NCBI GenBank assembly: GCA_963716985.1
Contig: OY970323.1
Span: forward strand, 928,001 to 992,000
Reading direction: 5' to 3'
DNA from: an uncultured bacterium
GTDB lineage: Bacteria; Chlamydiota; Chlamydiia; Chlamydiales; SM23-39
DNA: 64,000 nt
Every line of letters starts with the position of its first letter. The first letter of the stretch is position 1. Of the stretch, positions 40,807-49,946 are shown piece by piece. A program made the position numbers and the translations under genes. Under the pieces are notes generated by a model that had not been told where the DNA came from, did no database searches, and saw nothing but the letters and a program-made list of their open reading frames with translations.

Positions 40807-41892
40807 TTATTCGAAGAGTTTTTTGTTCAAACTTGCGACAGTGGAGTAGATGTGCGCATTGGAAAGATGGGCATATCTTTTGGTCATTTGGACCGTTTTA
40901 TGACCAAGCAGAGTTCCGATTTCTAGCAAACTCGCTTGATTCATGGCCAGGTAGGAAGCGGCGGTATGTCGAAGATCGTGAAAGCGGAAGTTTGCTATGC
41001 CCGCGTTTCGTAGAGCGGTATTCCAAGCAGATCGGATGTCGAGGGGTTTGGATTGAGAATGAGGCGCTGGGAATATCAGAGAATCGGCGGCTTGGGTAGT
41101 ATGTTTAGCACGCAAAAGTTCCAGCGCTTTCCCTAGCAGTGGAATGTATCGGCGCTCTCCATTTTTGGTGACTTGCAAGAGGATTGCGCCTTTAACGAGA
41201 TCGACATCTCTCCATTTAAGATTCATGATTTCGCCCCTTCTCATGCCAGTCGAAAGGGCTAGTATTACAATTGGGTAGAGTCCTTTTGATTCACTTTCTC
41301 GGCAGGCTTGAACGAGCTTTGTTTTCTCATTCTCATTAAGAAATCGCATTCTGCTATTGGAGATTTTTGGCTTTGAGATTTTCATGACCGGATTTTCTTG
41401 GAGCCATTCCCAATCTTTAACGGCGATTGCAAAGGCATGAGAGAGGCTGGCAAGATAGCGGACTACAGTCGTGGAAGAACGGAGCTTGCCTTTACAGGTT
41501 AGTCCTGAAAGCAGTTCATCCCGTTTCTGTGAGATGAGGCTTGGCTTGATATCTGAAAGGAGGCAGTGTCCCAGTTCCTGTTGCCACCAGAGAAGATGTT
41601 GGCGGACGTTTCTTGCATTCTTTGGCTTTGATGGAAGAACTCTTTCGATATAGCGGTCGATCAGTTCCGCTAAAGTACTTTTGCTGCCAGGTTGGTCATA
41701 AGCATATTTGCCTTGTTCAACTGCTGATTCTGTATCGCGCTTCCATTTCATGGCTAGAGTTTTGGAGGCGAATGATTGGATGAGGACTGGATGTCCTTTG
41801 ATGCGAACGCGGGCGCGGTAGGAAACTGTCCCGTCTTTATGGGTGCGTTTGTCGATGCCTTTCACAAGCTTACCTTTGGTTTCAATTTTCAA
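40807..41892 (-). CDS. Tyrosine integrase (element B)
   Basis: TGMRRGE, FHDLRH, LGHKT, KRY; directly downstream of the tRNA 3' end. Confidence 0.92.
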   Translation of the reverse strand: MKIETKGKLVKGIDKRTHKDGTVSYRARVRIKGHPVLIQSFASKTLAMKWKRDTESAVEQGKYAYDQPGSKSTLAELIDRYIERVLPSKPKNARNVRQHLLWWQQELGHCLLSDIKPSLISQKRDELLSGLTCKGKLRSSTTVVRYLASLSHAFAIAVKDWEWLQENPVMKISKPKISNSRMRFLNENEKTKLVQACRESESKGLYPIVILALSTGMRRGEIMNLKWRDVDLVKGAILLQVTKNGERRYIPLLGKALELLRAKHTTQAADSLIFPAPHSQSKPLDIRSAWNTALRNAGIANFRFHDLRHTAASYLAMNQASLLEIGTLLGHKTVQMTKRYAHLSNAHIYSTVASLNKKLFE

Positions 41893-41930
41893 AGGTTAGC
41901 TGCTGGGGTTATCGCCAATTGTTGTAGGCG

Positions 41931-41950
41931 AGTGGTCCACAAATGGTCCA
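41931..41950. promoter_or_regulatory. Putative integrase arm-type binding site
   Basis: Identical to 12867-12886. Confidence 0.65.
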
Positions 41951-42033
41951 CGGAGAGAAATCGCACTTTGGGCCGGTTTTGATGCGATTACATAACCAGC
42001 TCATCTTTAGTGCGATAAACTCGAGAAGAAATG

Positions 42034-42107
42034 TGGGGCAACCTGGACTTGAACCAGGGACCGACGGGTTATGAGTCCGCTGCTCTAACCGACTGAGCTA
42101 TTGCCCC
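42034..42107 (-). tRNA. tRNA with CAT anticodon (probably Ile2; Met possible)
   Basis: GGGGCAATAGCTCAGTCGGTTAGAGCAGCGGACTCATAACCCGTCGGTCCCTGGTTCAAGTCCAGGTTGCCCCA folds as a cloverleaf. Confidence 0.93.
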
Positions 42108-42124
42108 TTTTGAGAATGAGAAGT

Positions 42125-42154
42125 TTTATACCTTAGAAAAGGGACAAGAATCAA
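42125..42154 (-). promoter_or_regulatory. Sigma70-type promoter of the tRNA
   Basis: TTGATT-N18-TATAAA on the minus strand. Confidence 0.55.
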
Positions 42155-42172
42155 GGATTTTAAAGAGAAAAT

Positions 42173-42370
42173 TGGTTCTTCGGCATTAGGGACGCCAGCG
42201 GCAACCTGGCCGATAATAGCCTGGATTATTCTAGCGCCCGACTCACATGAGAAAATAGGTTGTCAAACTAGGTTTTGACGACAGAGTCGGTGGTGGCCAA
42301 ATAAGGGAGAGTCATAACCATATGGCTGAAAATCGCAATCAGAAACGTTGGAGACGTCGATATGCAACCA
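42173..42370. ncRNA. Candidate structured RNA (6S-like size and shape)
   Basis: Nested pairings found by eye: TGGTT/AACCA, GCAT/ATGC, GACG/CGTC, CCAGCG/CGTTGG, TGGCC/GGCCA, CCGACTC/GAGTCGG. No ORF in the track. Confidence 0.3.
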
Positions 42371-42396
42371 TCACCTCTTCGAGAAAAGGAGTCAGG

Positions 42397-42435
42397 CATT
42401 CTTGCGAGGGGAAAGATCTTCTCTTCGCAAGAATG
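42397..42435. terminator. Strong hairpin downstream of the RND operon
   Basis: CATTCTTGCGAGGGGAA...TTCTCTTCGCAAGAATG. Confidence 0.55.
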
Positions 42436-42445
42436 GTTCCTCAGC

Positions 42446-45400
42446 TTATGGTAAGGAGGTCGGAGTCCGCTTTCTGGAACATTTGGCCCTGAGTTTTTCG
42501 ATGTAATAAAAGGCCACCGGAGTAAAGAGAAAACAGAAAATAACCGAACCGATCATTCCCCCGAGCATCACAGCTCCCATGGAAGATTTGAAGGGCATGA
42601 TGTCCCATAGCTGGGGCAATACCCCTAAAATAATGGCAAGAGAGGTCATTATAATCACCTGGAATCTTGAAGACGCGGCAGACCAAAGGGCCTCTTTTAA
42701 GGGAACGTTTTTTTGAAGCTCTTGAATCGCGTGGTCCAAAAGAAGAATCGAGTTGTTCACCACAAGGCCAACTAGCATGACCATGCCAAGCATAGAGGAG
42801 AGGTTGATCGATTCTTCTAAAAAGAATAGGGTGTAATAGACCCCGATAAAGGAGGTGACAATCGAGAGTATGATCGAGAGGGGGTAGATGAAGGAGTCCA
42901 TAATGGCTGCCAGTAGCATGTAGGTCAAAATGACCGCTAAAAGAAAGGCTTTGACAATTTCTATCGAGGACTCTTTCTGCATCTCGGCCATGCCGGCAAA
43001 GGTGTAATTCAAATCTTTATCGACGGGAATGTCCGAAAAAGCTTTTTGCAAAACGGCCGTGACGTGGGCGGTATTGGATTTCGCTAAATAGCCGTTGAGC
43101 TTCAAAACTCTTTTTTTGTTCTCATGTTCGAGCATCGGAATGGATTTTTGTTCTTTTAAAGATCCTAATTCCAGGATGGGGATCAGCCCTTTTTTGGAGA
43201 TCACGTCGATATAGCGAATGTCTGAGAAATCTTTGGAATACCGATCGTCTAGTTTGATCAAAATGTCTATTTCCTTGCCGTTGGTTTTAAAGATGTTCGA
43301 GCTGTCTCCAAAAATCGCTGAACGGATGAGGCTTCCGACTTGCGCCTCTTTTAATCCATGCTCCATGAGCAGTTGTTGATCGGGCAGGAATCGCACCTCA
43401 TTTTTAGGAATTTTATAAGAGGAGGAGATGGTTTGAAAATAGCCGGTCGCGATCATCTTATCTTTGAGCTTTTGCATGAAGTCGACCATCTTGTCATAAT
43501 CGGAGCCGTTGATATTGATGGTGATGTCTCCCGAGTCAAATCCTTTTCTGTCTCCGCGGCTTAAGGTAATTTCCGCATCGGCATTCTCTGCAAAGAAGGG
43601 AACCAGCTCTTCGATGATTTGCACGTCGGTGCGTTTTCTTTGATCGGCCGGAAGAAGGCGGAGTGTTGTCGAAGATTTTTCTACGCCTCTATTTCCGATC
43701 AGGGAAAAGTAGGAGGTCATTTCGGGAATGGAAGTGACGCGCTCTTCGATTTTTTGCGTTACTTCCGATGTTTTTTCAATGAGCGTTCCTTGCGGCATGT
43801 CGACGTTGATCGTAATGTAGTCCCGATCGGAGGGGGGAAAGAAGCTGCCGGAAATATAGGGGGTGAGGAATTTGATCGAGTAGATGCCGAGAATGATGAG
43901 CAGGCAAAGGGTTTTGGGATAGCGAAACGTGTGTTCAAAAAGGGTCTTATACTTGCGGATCAAAAAGGCCATGCATTGATGCACCCATTTGGCCAGTTTA
44001 TTCGGCGTCTCTTCCTGGTTTTTCAAAATGGTGTAGCAGAGCATGGGGGTCAGGGCAAAAGAGACGAGAAGAGAAAAGGAGGTCACATAGATCACGGTCA
44101 GACCGAAAGAGACCATAAACCTGCCAACCATGCCGCCCATGAAGGCAATCGGGGCAAAGACCACCAGGTTGGTCCCGGTAGACGCGAGAATAGCGACCGT
44201 TACTTCTTTTGTTCCTTGTACGGCAGCGGCAAAGGCGTTTTTCCCAAGGCCGAGATGCTTCCAGAAATTCTCAATGATCACGATGGTGTTGGCGACAAGC
44301 GTTCCGATCGAGGTGGCGATGGCTAATAGAGTTAAAAAGTTAATGGTGAATTTGGAAAGGTCCATCAGGAAGAATGAAGAGATGATGGATATGGGAATGG
44401 TGATAGAAGAAATGAAGGTTAGACGAAAACTGCCGGTAAATAAGTAGAGAATAAGAATGGTCAATAACATTCCCTCCAGAATGGAGATGAGCGTCTGGTG
44501 GTTTTCAGAGACGATCACCGTGGTTGCGTCGTTTGCGATCTCTAAAGAAACGTTTTTAGGAAGAGATGCTTGCAATTTTGAAAATTTGGCATGAATCTCT
44601 TTGGCAATATCGACCGCATTGCTGTCCGATGCTTTTTTTACGGAAATGCCGACGGCGCTTTTCCCGTTGTAGCGAGCAATCTTGTCCACTTTTTTAACGC
44701 CGTCTTCAACGACTCCGATCATTTTGATCGGGATGCTTTCGCCATTTCGCGTGATGATGAGCGTGTTTTCAATGTCTTTCAGGCTTTCAAACTCGCCGAT
44801 AAAGCGCAGGTTGAATGATTTTTCCCCGGATTCCAAAAGGCCTCCGGGTATGTTTTTGTTTTTCATCTTCAGGGTGGCAATTACGTCGTCGAGGGCCACG
44901 TAATGCTCTCTCATCAGCATGGGGTCCAAAGAGAGGTTGATCTGCCGCTTCTCGCCTCCGAATATTTCGAGGCTCGCAACTCCTTTGATTGCGAGAATTT
45001 GATCTTTAAGGGTTGTGTCGGCAAGCTCGTAGAGGTCTTTGTGCGACATCGTTTCGCTAAACAGCGCGAGGTTGACGACCGGTTCCTGGAAGGGGTCGAA
45101 TTTCGCGACGATCGGTTTTTTCATTCCTTCGGGCAGCTGGTTGAGGAGGCCGTCGACCTTTTCCCTTACTTCGACCAGCTTTGTGTTGACGTCGGAGGTG
45201 AGTAGAAATTCGATAAAAACAAATCCAAAATTGTCGTAGGAATGGCTGCGGATCTTTTTTACTTCGGAAAGTTCGGAGAGGGCATCTTCGATCTTGTTGG
45301 TGATGGATGTTTCCACTTCGAGGGGGGTGGCGCCGGGATAGGTGAGAGAGACGGTACAGATGGGAAAGTCGACTTTCGGCTGTTTGTCAAATTTTAGGTT

Positions 45401-45484
45401 GGAGTAGGAGAAAATACCCAGCACGACGAATACAGATACAAACATGATCGTGGTGACAGGACGTTTGAGAAAAAATTCAATCAT
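42446..45484 (-). CDS. RND efflux permease (AcrB family)
   Basis: FLKRPV, YPGATPLEVE, IVIIEN, GLVVNNSILLLD; 1012 aa. Confidence 0.93.
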   Translation of the reverse strand: MIEFFLKRPVTTIMFVSVFVVLGIFSYSNLKFDKQPKVDFPICTVSLTYPGATPLEVETSITNKIEDALSELSEVKKIRSHSYDNFGFVFIEFLLTSDVNTKLVEVREKVDGLLNQLPEGMKKPIVAKFDPFQEPVVNLALFSETMSHKDLYELADTTLKDQILAIKGVASLEIFGGEKRQINLSLDPMLMREHYVALDDVIATLKMKNKNIPGGLLESGEKSFNLRFIGEFESLKDIENTLIITRNGESIPIKMIGVVEDGVKKVDKIARYNGKSAVGISVKKASDSNAVDIAKEIHAKFSKLQASLPKNVSLEIANDATTVIVSENHQTLISILEGMLLTILILYLFTGSFRLTFISSITIPISIISSFFLMDLSKFTINFLTLLAIATSIGTLVANTIVIIENFWKHLGLGKNAFAAAVQGTKEVTVAILASTGTNLVVFAPIAFMGGMVGRFMVSFGLTVIYVTSFSLLVSFALTPMLCYTILKNQEETPNKLAKWVHQCMAFLIRKYKTLFEHTFRYPKTLCLLIILGIYSIKFLTPYISGSFFPPSDRDYITINVDMPQGTLIEKTSEVTQKIEERVTSIPEMTSYFSLIGNRGVEKSSTTLRLLPADQRKRTDVQIIEELVPFFAENADAEITLSRGDRKGFDSGDITININGSDYDKMVDFMQKLKDKMIATGYFQTISSSYKIPKNEVRFLPDQQLLMEHGLKEAQVGSLIRSAIFGDSSNIFKTNGKEIDILIKLDDRYSKDFSDIRYIDVISKKGLIPILELGSLKEQKSIPMLEHENKKRVLKLNGYLAKSNTAHVTAVLQKAFSDIPVDKDLNYTFAGMAEMQKESSIEIVKAFLLAVILTYMLLAAIMDSFIYPLSIILSIVTSFIGVYYTLFFLEESINLSSMLGMVMLVGLVVNNSILLLDHAIQELQKNVPLKEALWSAASSRFQVIIMTSLAIILGVLPQLWDIMPFKSSMGAVMLGGMIGSVIFCFLFTPVAFYYIEKLRAKCSRKRTPTSLP

Positions 45485-45486
45485 AG

Positions 45487-46146
45487 TTAATTTCCCGAGG
45501 TTATTTTTACGATGTCATTTTCTTGGAGGGCAGCGCCGCTAAGAACGATAAGATCTTCTTCATCGATGCCCTTTGCCATCATTCCTTTGTTATTTCTCTC
45601 GCCCAAAGTCACGAGCTGCTTGTGGGCTTTGTTTTCTTTAATGACCCACACGAAGTGGGCATTGTTTTCCGAATGGATGGCTGCGTGGGGAAGCAAGAGA
45701 CAGCTTTTCTTTTCGGATGTGGCCACTTCGCCCAAGTATTTTTCCTCTTTTCCTCCCAAGGGCTCTTTGCAGGCGATCCTGACGGCGTACATGCCGGTTT
45801 TGGGAGTCGGGGAACATCCGATCTCGAGAATCGATGCCTCTATGTTTTTTCCATGGAAATGGATCGTCACGGGAGATGTAGAGCAAAGAGAGCGCTTCAC
45901 TGCTTTGGGAACGTAGCCAACGTAGGTATGGTCATTTTCTAAAGCGAGCGTCATTTTCCAAAAGGTTTGCAAATCGTTTTTTTCTGCTTTTTGGGCAAGG
46001 ACCGGCTTTCCTTCCCTAGGCCAAGCAGAGTAAAAACTAATCGCCGGTTTTTGGTTTTTTTTCGTAATCGAGTGTTGTTTGAGGTTGACGAAAAGAATCA
46101 AAAGCAGAATGCAGGATAAATAGGTAAGAAAGGATTTTTTACTCAT
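45487..46146 (-). CDS. RND periplasmic adaptor-like protein (short)
   Basis: N-terminal anchor and C-terminal LLP..AI...FVWV...V.LG; lies between TolC and the RND permease. Confidence 0.7.
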   Translation of the reverse strand: MSKKSFLTYLSCILLLILFVNLKQHSITKKNQKPAISFYSAWPREGKPVLAQKAEKNDLQTFWKMTLALENDHTYVGYVPKAVKRSLCSTSPVTIHFHGKNIEASILEIGCSPTPKTGMYAVRIACKEPLGGKEEKYLGEVATSEKKSCLLLPHAAIHSENNAHFVWVIKENKAHKQLVTLGERNNKGMMAKGIDEEDLIVLSGAALQENDIVKITSGN

Positions 46147-47425
46147 GGATTGTCCCCATGCAGGTTAATCGTTCGATTTTTGCAAGAGCTACCTGCAGTT
46201 TGAATAAGGTTGTTTCTTTTTTTATTTTTTGGCTCGTGAGCATCATCTCTGCGTCGTCCAAATCGGTTGTGGAGAGCTGTCCCGATGAAAAGAGGTTTTG
46301 GCTTAATTGAAAAGATTCTTCGGCGAGAGAAACCGCCTCGTTGTTGGCGGGAAGCGTTTGGATCAGTTCACGATATTCCGTCATTGCTTTTTCGAGCTCG
46401 AGCTCCAGATTCTTTTTGGTTTTTTTGTAGGTGAGAACTGCGTTGTCTCTATCAGATGTGCTCTGTTTGATTCGATCGCGGGTCCGATTGCCGTAAAAAA
46501 GCGGAATTTGCAAGTTCAGTCCGCCGGCCGTGTAATTAAAGAGGGTATTCTCGCCGATGAAATAATCGTCGCTGGACCCCTTATAGTTATAGCGAAAAAA
46601 TGCCGAAAGCGTGGGAAAATATTCCGCTTTTTTGCTTTTCACGAGATCGTTTTGGGCGCTGATCGATTGCTGCAGGGCTTTTAATATGGGCTGGCTGTGC
46701 TCTAAATGGGCAAGGGCCTGTTGTATGTCGAAATTTTCATAGCTCGTCCGGTATCCTTCGGTGAGCTCAATGTCGGATGTCGGATCGGCGCCAATGGCTT
46801 TTCTTAAAGATTCCAGAGCGATCGCATAAGAAGACTCTGCATTGGAGATCATGGGAACTCTTGCGGCGATATCGGCCAATACTTTGATATTGTCCCTTTT
46901 CGAGACCCTTCCCATCTCCGATTTGTTTTCTAACAGATCCTTGCTTTTAAGGGTGTTCTCATAAGATTCTTTGGCAATTTGCAGCATCCTTTTGGCAAAA
47001 TAGACATTGAAATACAAAAGTTTGCTATTGAAAACAACCTCGTCTTTTACGCTCTCTTCTCGATATTTGTTCATCGCTGTCAATTTTTTCATTGCTCTGA
47101 TGGAAGAGGATATTTTCCCAAAAGTGGTAATGATCTGGTTTACGTTGACGCCCGCGTCGAGGTTGAAATCTTTCATGAGCCTTGTATGAGGAAGAGAGGG
47201 GAATCGTATGTTGTCGAGATAGGTAACTTCACCCGTCACTTGGGGGAATAAAATCGATCTTGTTTCTTTTGTCTTGTAGTCTGATTTGACCACTTCGTTT
47301 TTTTGGATCTGATAATCTTCGCTCTCTTTGATGGAGCGGGAAATGGTTTCGGGCAGAGTCAGCGCGATTGTCTCGCCAAAAAGGTAGGAAAAAAGAAAGA
47401 GGGGGACAAGCAAAAAATATTTCAT
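46139..47425 (-). CDS. TolC-family outer membrane efflux protein
   Basis: Signal peptide, AEYFPTLS, GLNLQIPLFYG. Confidence 0.88.
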   Translation of the reverse strand: MKYFLLVPLFLFSYLFGETIALTLPETISRSIKESEDYQIQKNEVVKSDYKTKETRSILFPQVTGEVTYLDNIRFPSLPHTRLMKDFNLDAGVNVNQIITTFGKISSSIRAMKKLTAMNKYREESVKDEVVFNSKLLYFNVYFAKRMLQIAKESYENTLKSKDLLENKSEMGRVSKRDNIKVLADIAARVPMISNAESSYAIALESLRKAIGADPTSDIELTEGYRTSYENFDIQQALAHLEHSQPILKALQQSISAQNDLVKSKKAEYFPTLSAFFRYNYKGSSDDYFIGENTLFNYTAGGLNLQIPLFYGNRTRDRIKQSTSDRDNAVLTYKKTKKNLELELEKAMTEYRELIQTLPANNEAVSLAEESFQLSQNLFSSGQLSTTDLDDAEMMLTSQKIKKETTLFKLQVALAKIERLTCMGTIHE

Positions 47426-47432
47426 AAAAGTC

Positions 47433-48074
47433 TCATAGTTGAAAAAGTTTCCACAAGATCGAAAGGTGGTTTCGATAGATTTCTGCTATATTGGTAAATT
47501 CCGAAAAGGGAAGAGAGAGAGGCACTCCAATTAATATGGTCATCAAAAATTGGACGAGTGTTTTCTGGCAGACGGCTTCGGGTATCTGTTTTTTTGCGGC
47601 CGCATGCGCCACCAGCTCTTCAAAAAAACCACGCATTGTAATCATGCGGGAGTTTGCCGCATCGGCGCAATCGGGATAAATATATTGGAGCTCGTCCGGA
47701 GTTACGGCAAATGAGGCGGTTTGTGCTTTATGGGGCCCGATGAGGGAAAATATTTCAGAAAAAATGTAGGGGTATTTGATCTCTTCCGTCAAAAGCTCGA
47801 ACGTTTTTTCAATGCACTCGGTTAATGTGAGTTTTTTTTGCAAGTTGCGGATGGTCCAATAGGTTTTGAAGATTTTTGCTTTCAAAAGATAGGCAAGGAC
47901 GTCGATTTTCTGAGGAAAATAGTTAAAAAAAGAGGCTTCGGAGACATCGGTTTCTTCGCAAATGTCCTTGATGGAAATGGAATGGAATTTCTCCGTTTTC
48001 AGCTTTTTCACAAAGGCCATGGCCAAAGAATGTTTGGTCTTGGCGATTTTTTTCTGTCTTAGAGATAGGGCCAT
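47433..48074 (-). CDS. TetR/AcrR-family regulator
   Basis: ISIKDICEETDVSEASFFNYFPQK HTH. Confidence 0.88.
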   Translation of the reverse strand: MALSLRQKKIAKTKHSLAMAFVKKLKTEKFHSISIKDICEETDVSEASFFNYFPQKIDVLAYLLKAKIFKTYWTIRNLQKKLTLTECIEKTFELLTEEIKYPYIFSEIFSLIGPHKAQTASFAVTPDELQYIYPDCADAANSRMITMRGFFEELVAHAAAKKQIPEAVCQKTLVQFLMTILIGVPLSLPFSEFTNIAEIYRNHLSILWKLFQL

Positions 48075-48145
48075 TGAAGAATTCTCTTTGAGTTGTCTCA
48101 AATGTTAGAGCAGGCTCTAAGTTTCTGTCAAAGGATTTAGCGGTT

Positions 48146-49078
48146 CTAAGGGGTTGTTTTTTCAGGAACTGCATATGTTTGATAAGGACATGCGGATGAA
48201 GAGGCAGCATTTGTACCGATTGCTTGTTTGATATTTTCTAGAAGTTTTTTGTTTTCCTCGTGCTTTGCGATGGTAGAGAAGAGCTGTTCGCGCGCCGATT
48301 GGAAAATTTCTCTGCCTTTGGCGGCTATGTAATCAAGGATATGAGGACCCTTATGATGATGGAGCGTAGAAGGGAAAATTTCAGGTGCATCGTTTAGGAA
48401 CTCTTCATAGAGGGCTTTTTGCACAGAGAGCGCGAGTGGCAGAGAAGAGAGGCAGGTCGAGATTTTCCTCCCATACGATTCGCTTGGAAGGGGGTTTTTC
48501 ACCTCATGCGTCATTGGGTCGCGCAGTCCGGAGTCCTCCATAAAATAGATGACTCGCGGAACCCTTGCCAGGAGAAGCGTCATTGCACACATCGGGCAGG
48601 GCTCTAAAGAGGTGTAGACCGTTGCATGCGCGAGGCGATAGGTATAGTCTAAATAGAGCTCTCTTGGGCTGATAGAGCTTGGTATGCTGCCATTTTGTTT
48701 TTTAAGAATCGCTTTCTGAAGAGTGCTGATTTCTGCATGAAAAATTTCTCCCTGCATTTCAAAATTGCGGTTATGGTCGATCACGAACTCCGGCGTATGT
48801 TCTGTATCCTCAACGTCCCAGGCTAACAATGATCCAATGTCATAGCCGGCTTTCGGATAGCTTTGTAAACGCTCGTACAAATAGGCAAGAGTTGCCAGCA
48901 TGAAGAGCTCATCCCGCTCGGCAATAATCGCCTCTTTTTGGCTGAGCGGGGGAGCTTGATCCAATGGGGAAGAGATCTCTGCAGCATTGTTTGCGGGAGA
49001 AGATTCTTGTGCATGCAGAGTGTGGAAAGAAACAGTAATGAGAAACAACAAAAGACGGATGGGGGAGGATAAAAACAT
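48146..49078 (-). CDS. Zn-dependent cytidine/nucleoside deaminase-fold protein with predicted signal peptide
   Basis: HAE and SLEPCPMC motifs; MFLSSPIRLLLFLITVSFHTLHA N-terminus after GAGG. Confidence 0.8.
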   Translation of the reverse strand: MFLSSPIRLLLFLITVSFHTLHAQESSPANNAAEISSPLDQAPPLSQKEAIIAERDELFMLATLAYLYERLQSYPKAGYDIGSLLAWDVEDTEHTPEFVIDHNRNFEMQGEIFHAEISTLQKAILKKQNGSIPSSISPRELYLDYTYRLAHATVYTSLEPCPMCAMTLLLARVPRVIYFMEDSGLRDPMTHEVKNPLPSESYGRKISTCLSSLPLALSVQKALYEEFLNDAPEIFPSTLHHHKGPHILDYIAAKGREIFQSAREQLFSTIAKHEENKKLLENIKQAIGTNAASSSACPYQTYAVPEKTTP

Positions 49079-49195
49079 GCCGACACCTCTGTAAAAAATG
49101 GACAGTGTAAATAATAAGGAAAGAATGATAGCCGAACACATCATATTCTTCAGCCGAAAATCAAGGATTGTAAATCCAAAGGATACCCCGGAGGT

Positions 49196-49696
49196 TTATA
49201 AAGCTTTTACCATCCAGAGGACCAGATCGTCATCGATACGATATTTTTCTCCGAAAGCGGCCGTCTTGCATTTATAGGTGATGCCACGGCCATCGGGTCT
49301 ATATCCCAAATGAAAATAGAGCTGTTGGGCAGGGCCATAATCAGGATATAAACCAACTCCGAGACCTATTTGCTTGCACCCTTCTTGGCGAGCGATTGCT
49401 TCAAGCCATGCCATGAGCTGTTTCCCGATTCCTTGCCGTCGATGCTTTTCATAGATCCAGACATCGCAAATTTCAGGAATATTGGAAAAATGGGGATATT
49501 CAGATTTACGCAAAAGGCTGCCAAATCCCAAGACCTCTTTGTTTTTTTCCGCCACGCCAACGATGCGGATGTTTTTTTGCTGCTCTTCATAATATTTTTT
49601 CCATCTTCGCGTGGTTTCGCGGACCGTAGACCAGGAGGGGCAAAAATGGTTGGCAACCCTTTCGATATCCTTCATATTCATGGCGCGTATTCGCAT
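49196..49696 (-). CDS. GNAT N-acetyltransferase
   Basis: RRQGIG, GLGVGLYPDYGPAQQLY; ATG 49696 after GGAG. Confidence 0.88.
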   Translation of the reverse strand: MRIRAMNMKDIERVANHFCPSWSTVRETTRRWKKYYEEQQKNIRIVGVAEKNKEVLGFGSLLRKSEYPHFSNIPEICDVWIYEKHRRQGIGKQLMAWLEAIARQEGCKQIGLGVGLYPDYGPAQQLYFHLGYRPDGRGITYKCKTAAFGEKYRIDDDLVLWMVKAL

Positions 49697-49946
49697 ATTC
49701 TTTCTCTCCGATGGGTAGGAAAAAACAAAGATGGTACAAAAAAAGGATAATACTCTCAAAAGTTTTGAAGTGCGGATTGGCCGATCGGCGCAAAAGGGGG
49801 CCCCCTCTTTGGAATAGAACGAGTTAAAGAAATGAAGAGAGGGGTAGATCCGCACATTTGACCGGGGATCTATTCTGCATTTTTAGAGAAAAATCTTTGA
49901 CGGATAATCATTTAAGCCAGTATAGAAAAAAGAAGGAGCTTTTATC

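Larger units (their letters stand above)
12761..42080. mobile_element. Integrative element B (~29.3 kb metabolic island)
   Basis: Bounded by the 48-bp tRNA repeats. Integrase at 40807-41892 next to the tRNA. An identical 20-bp motif lies inside both ends. Confidence 0.85.
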
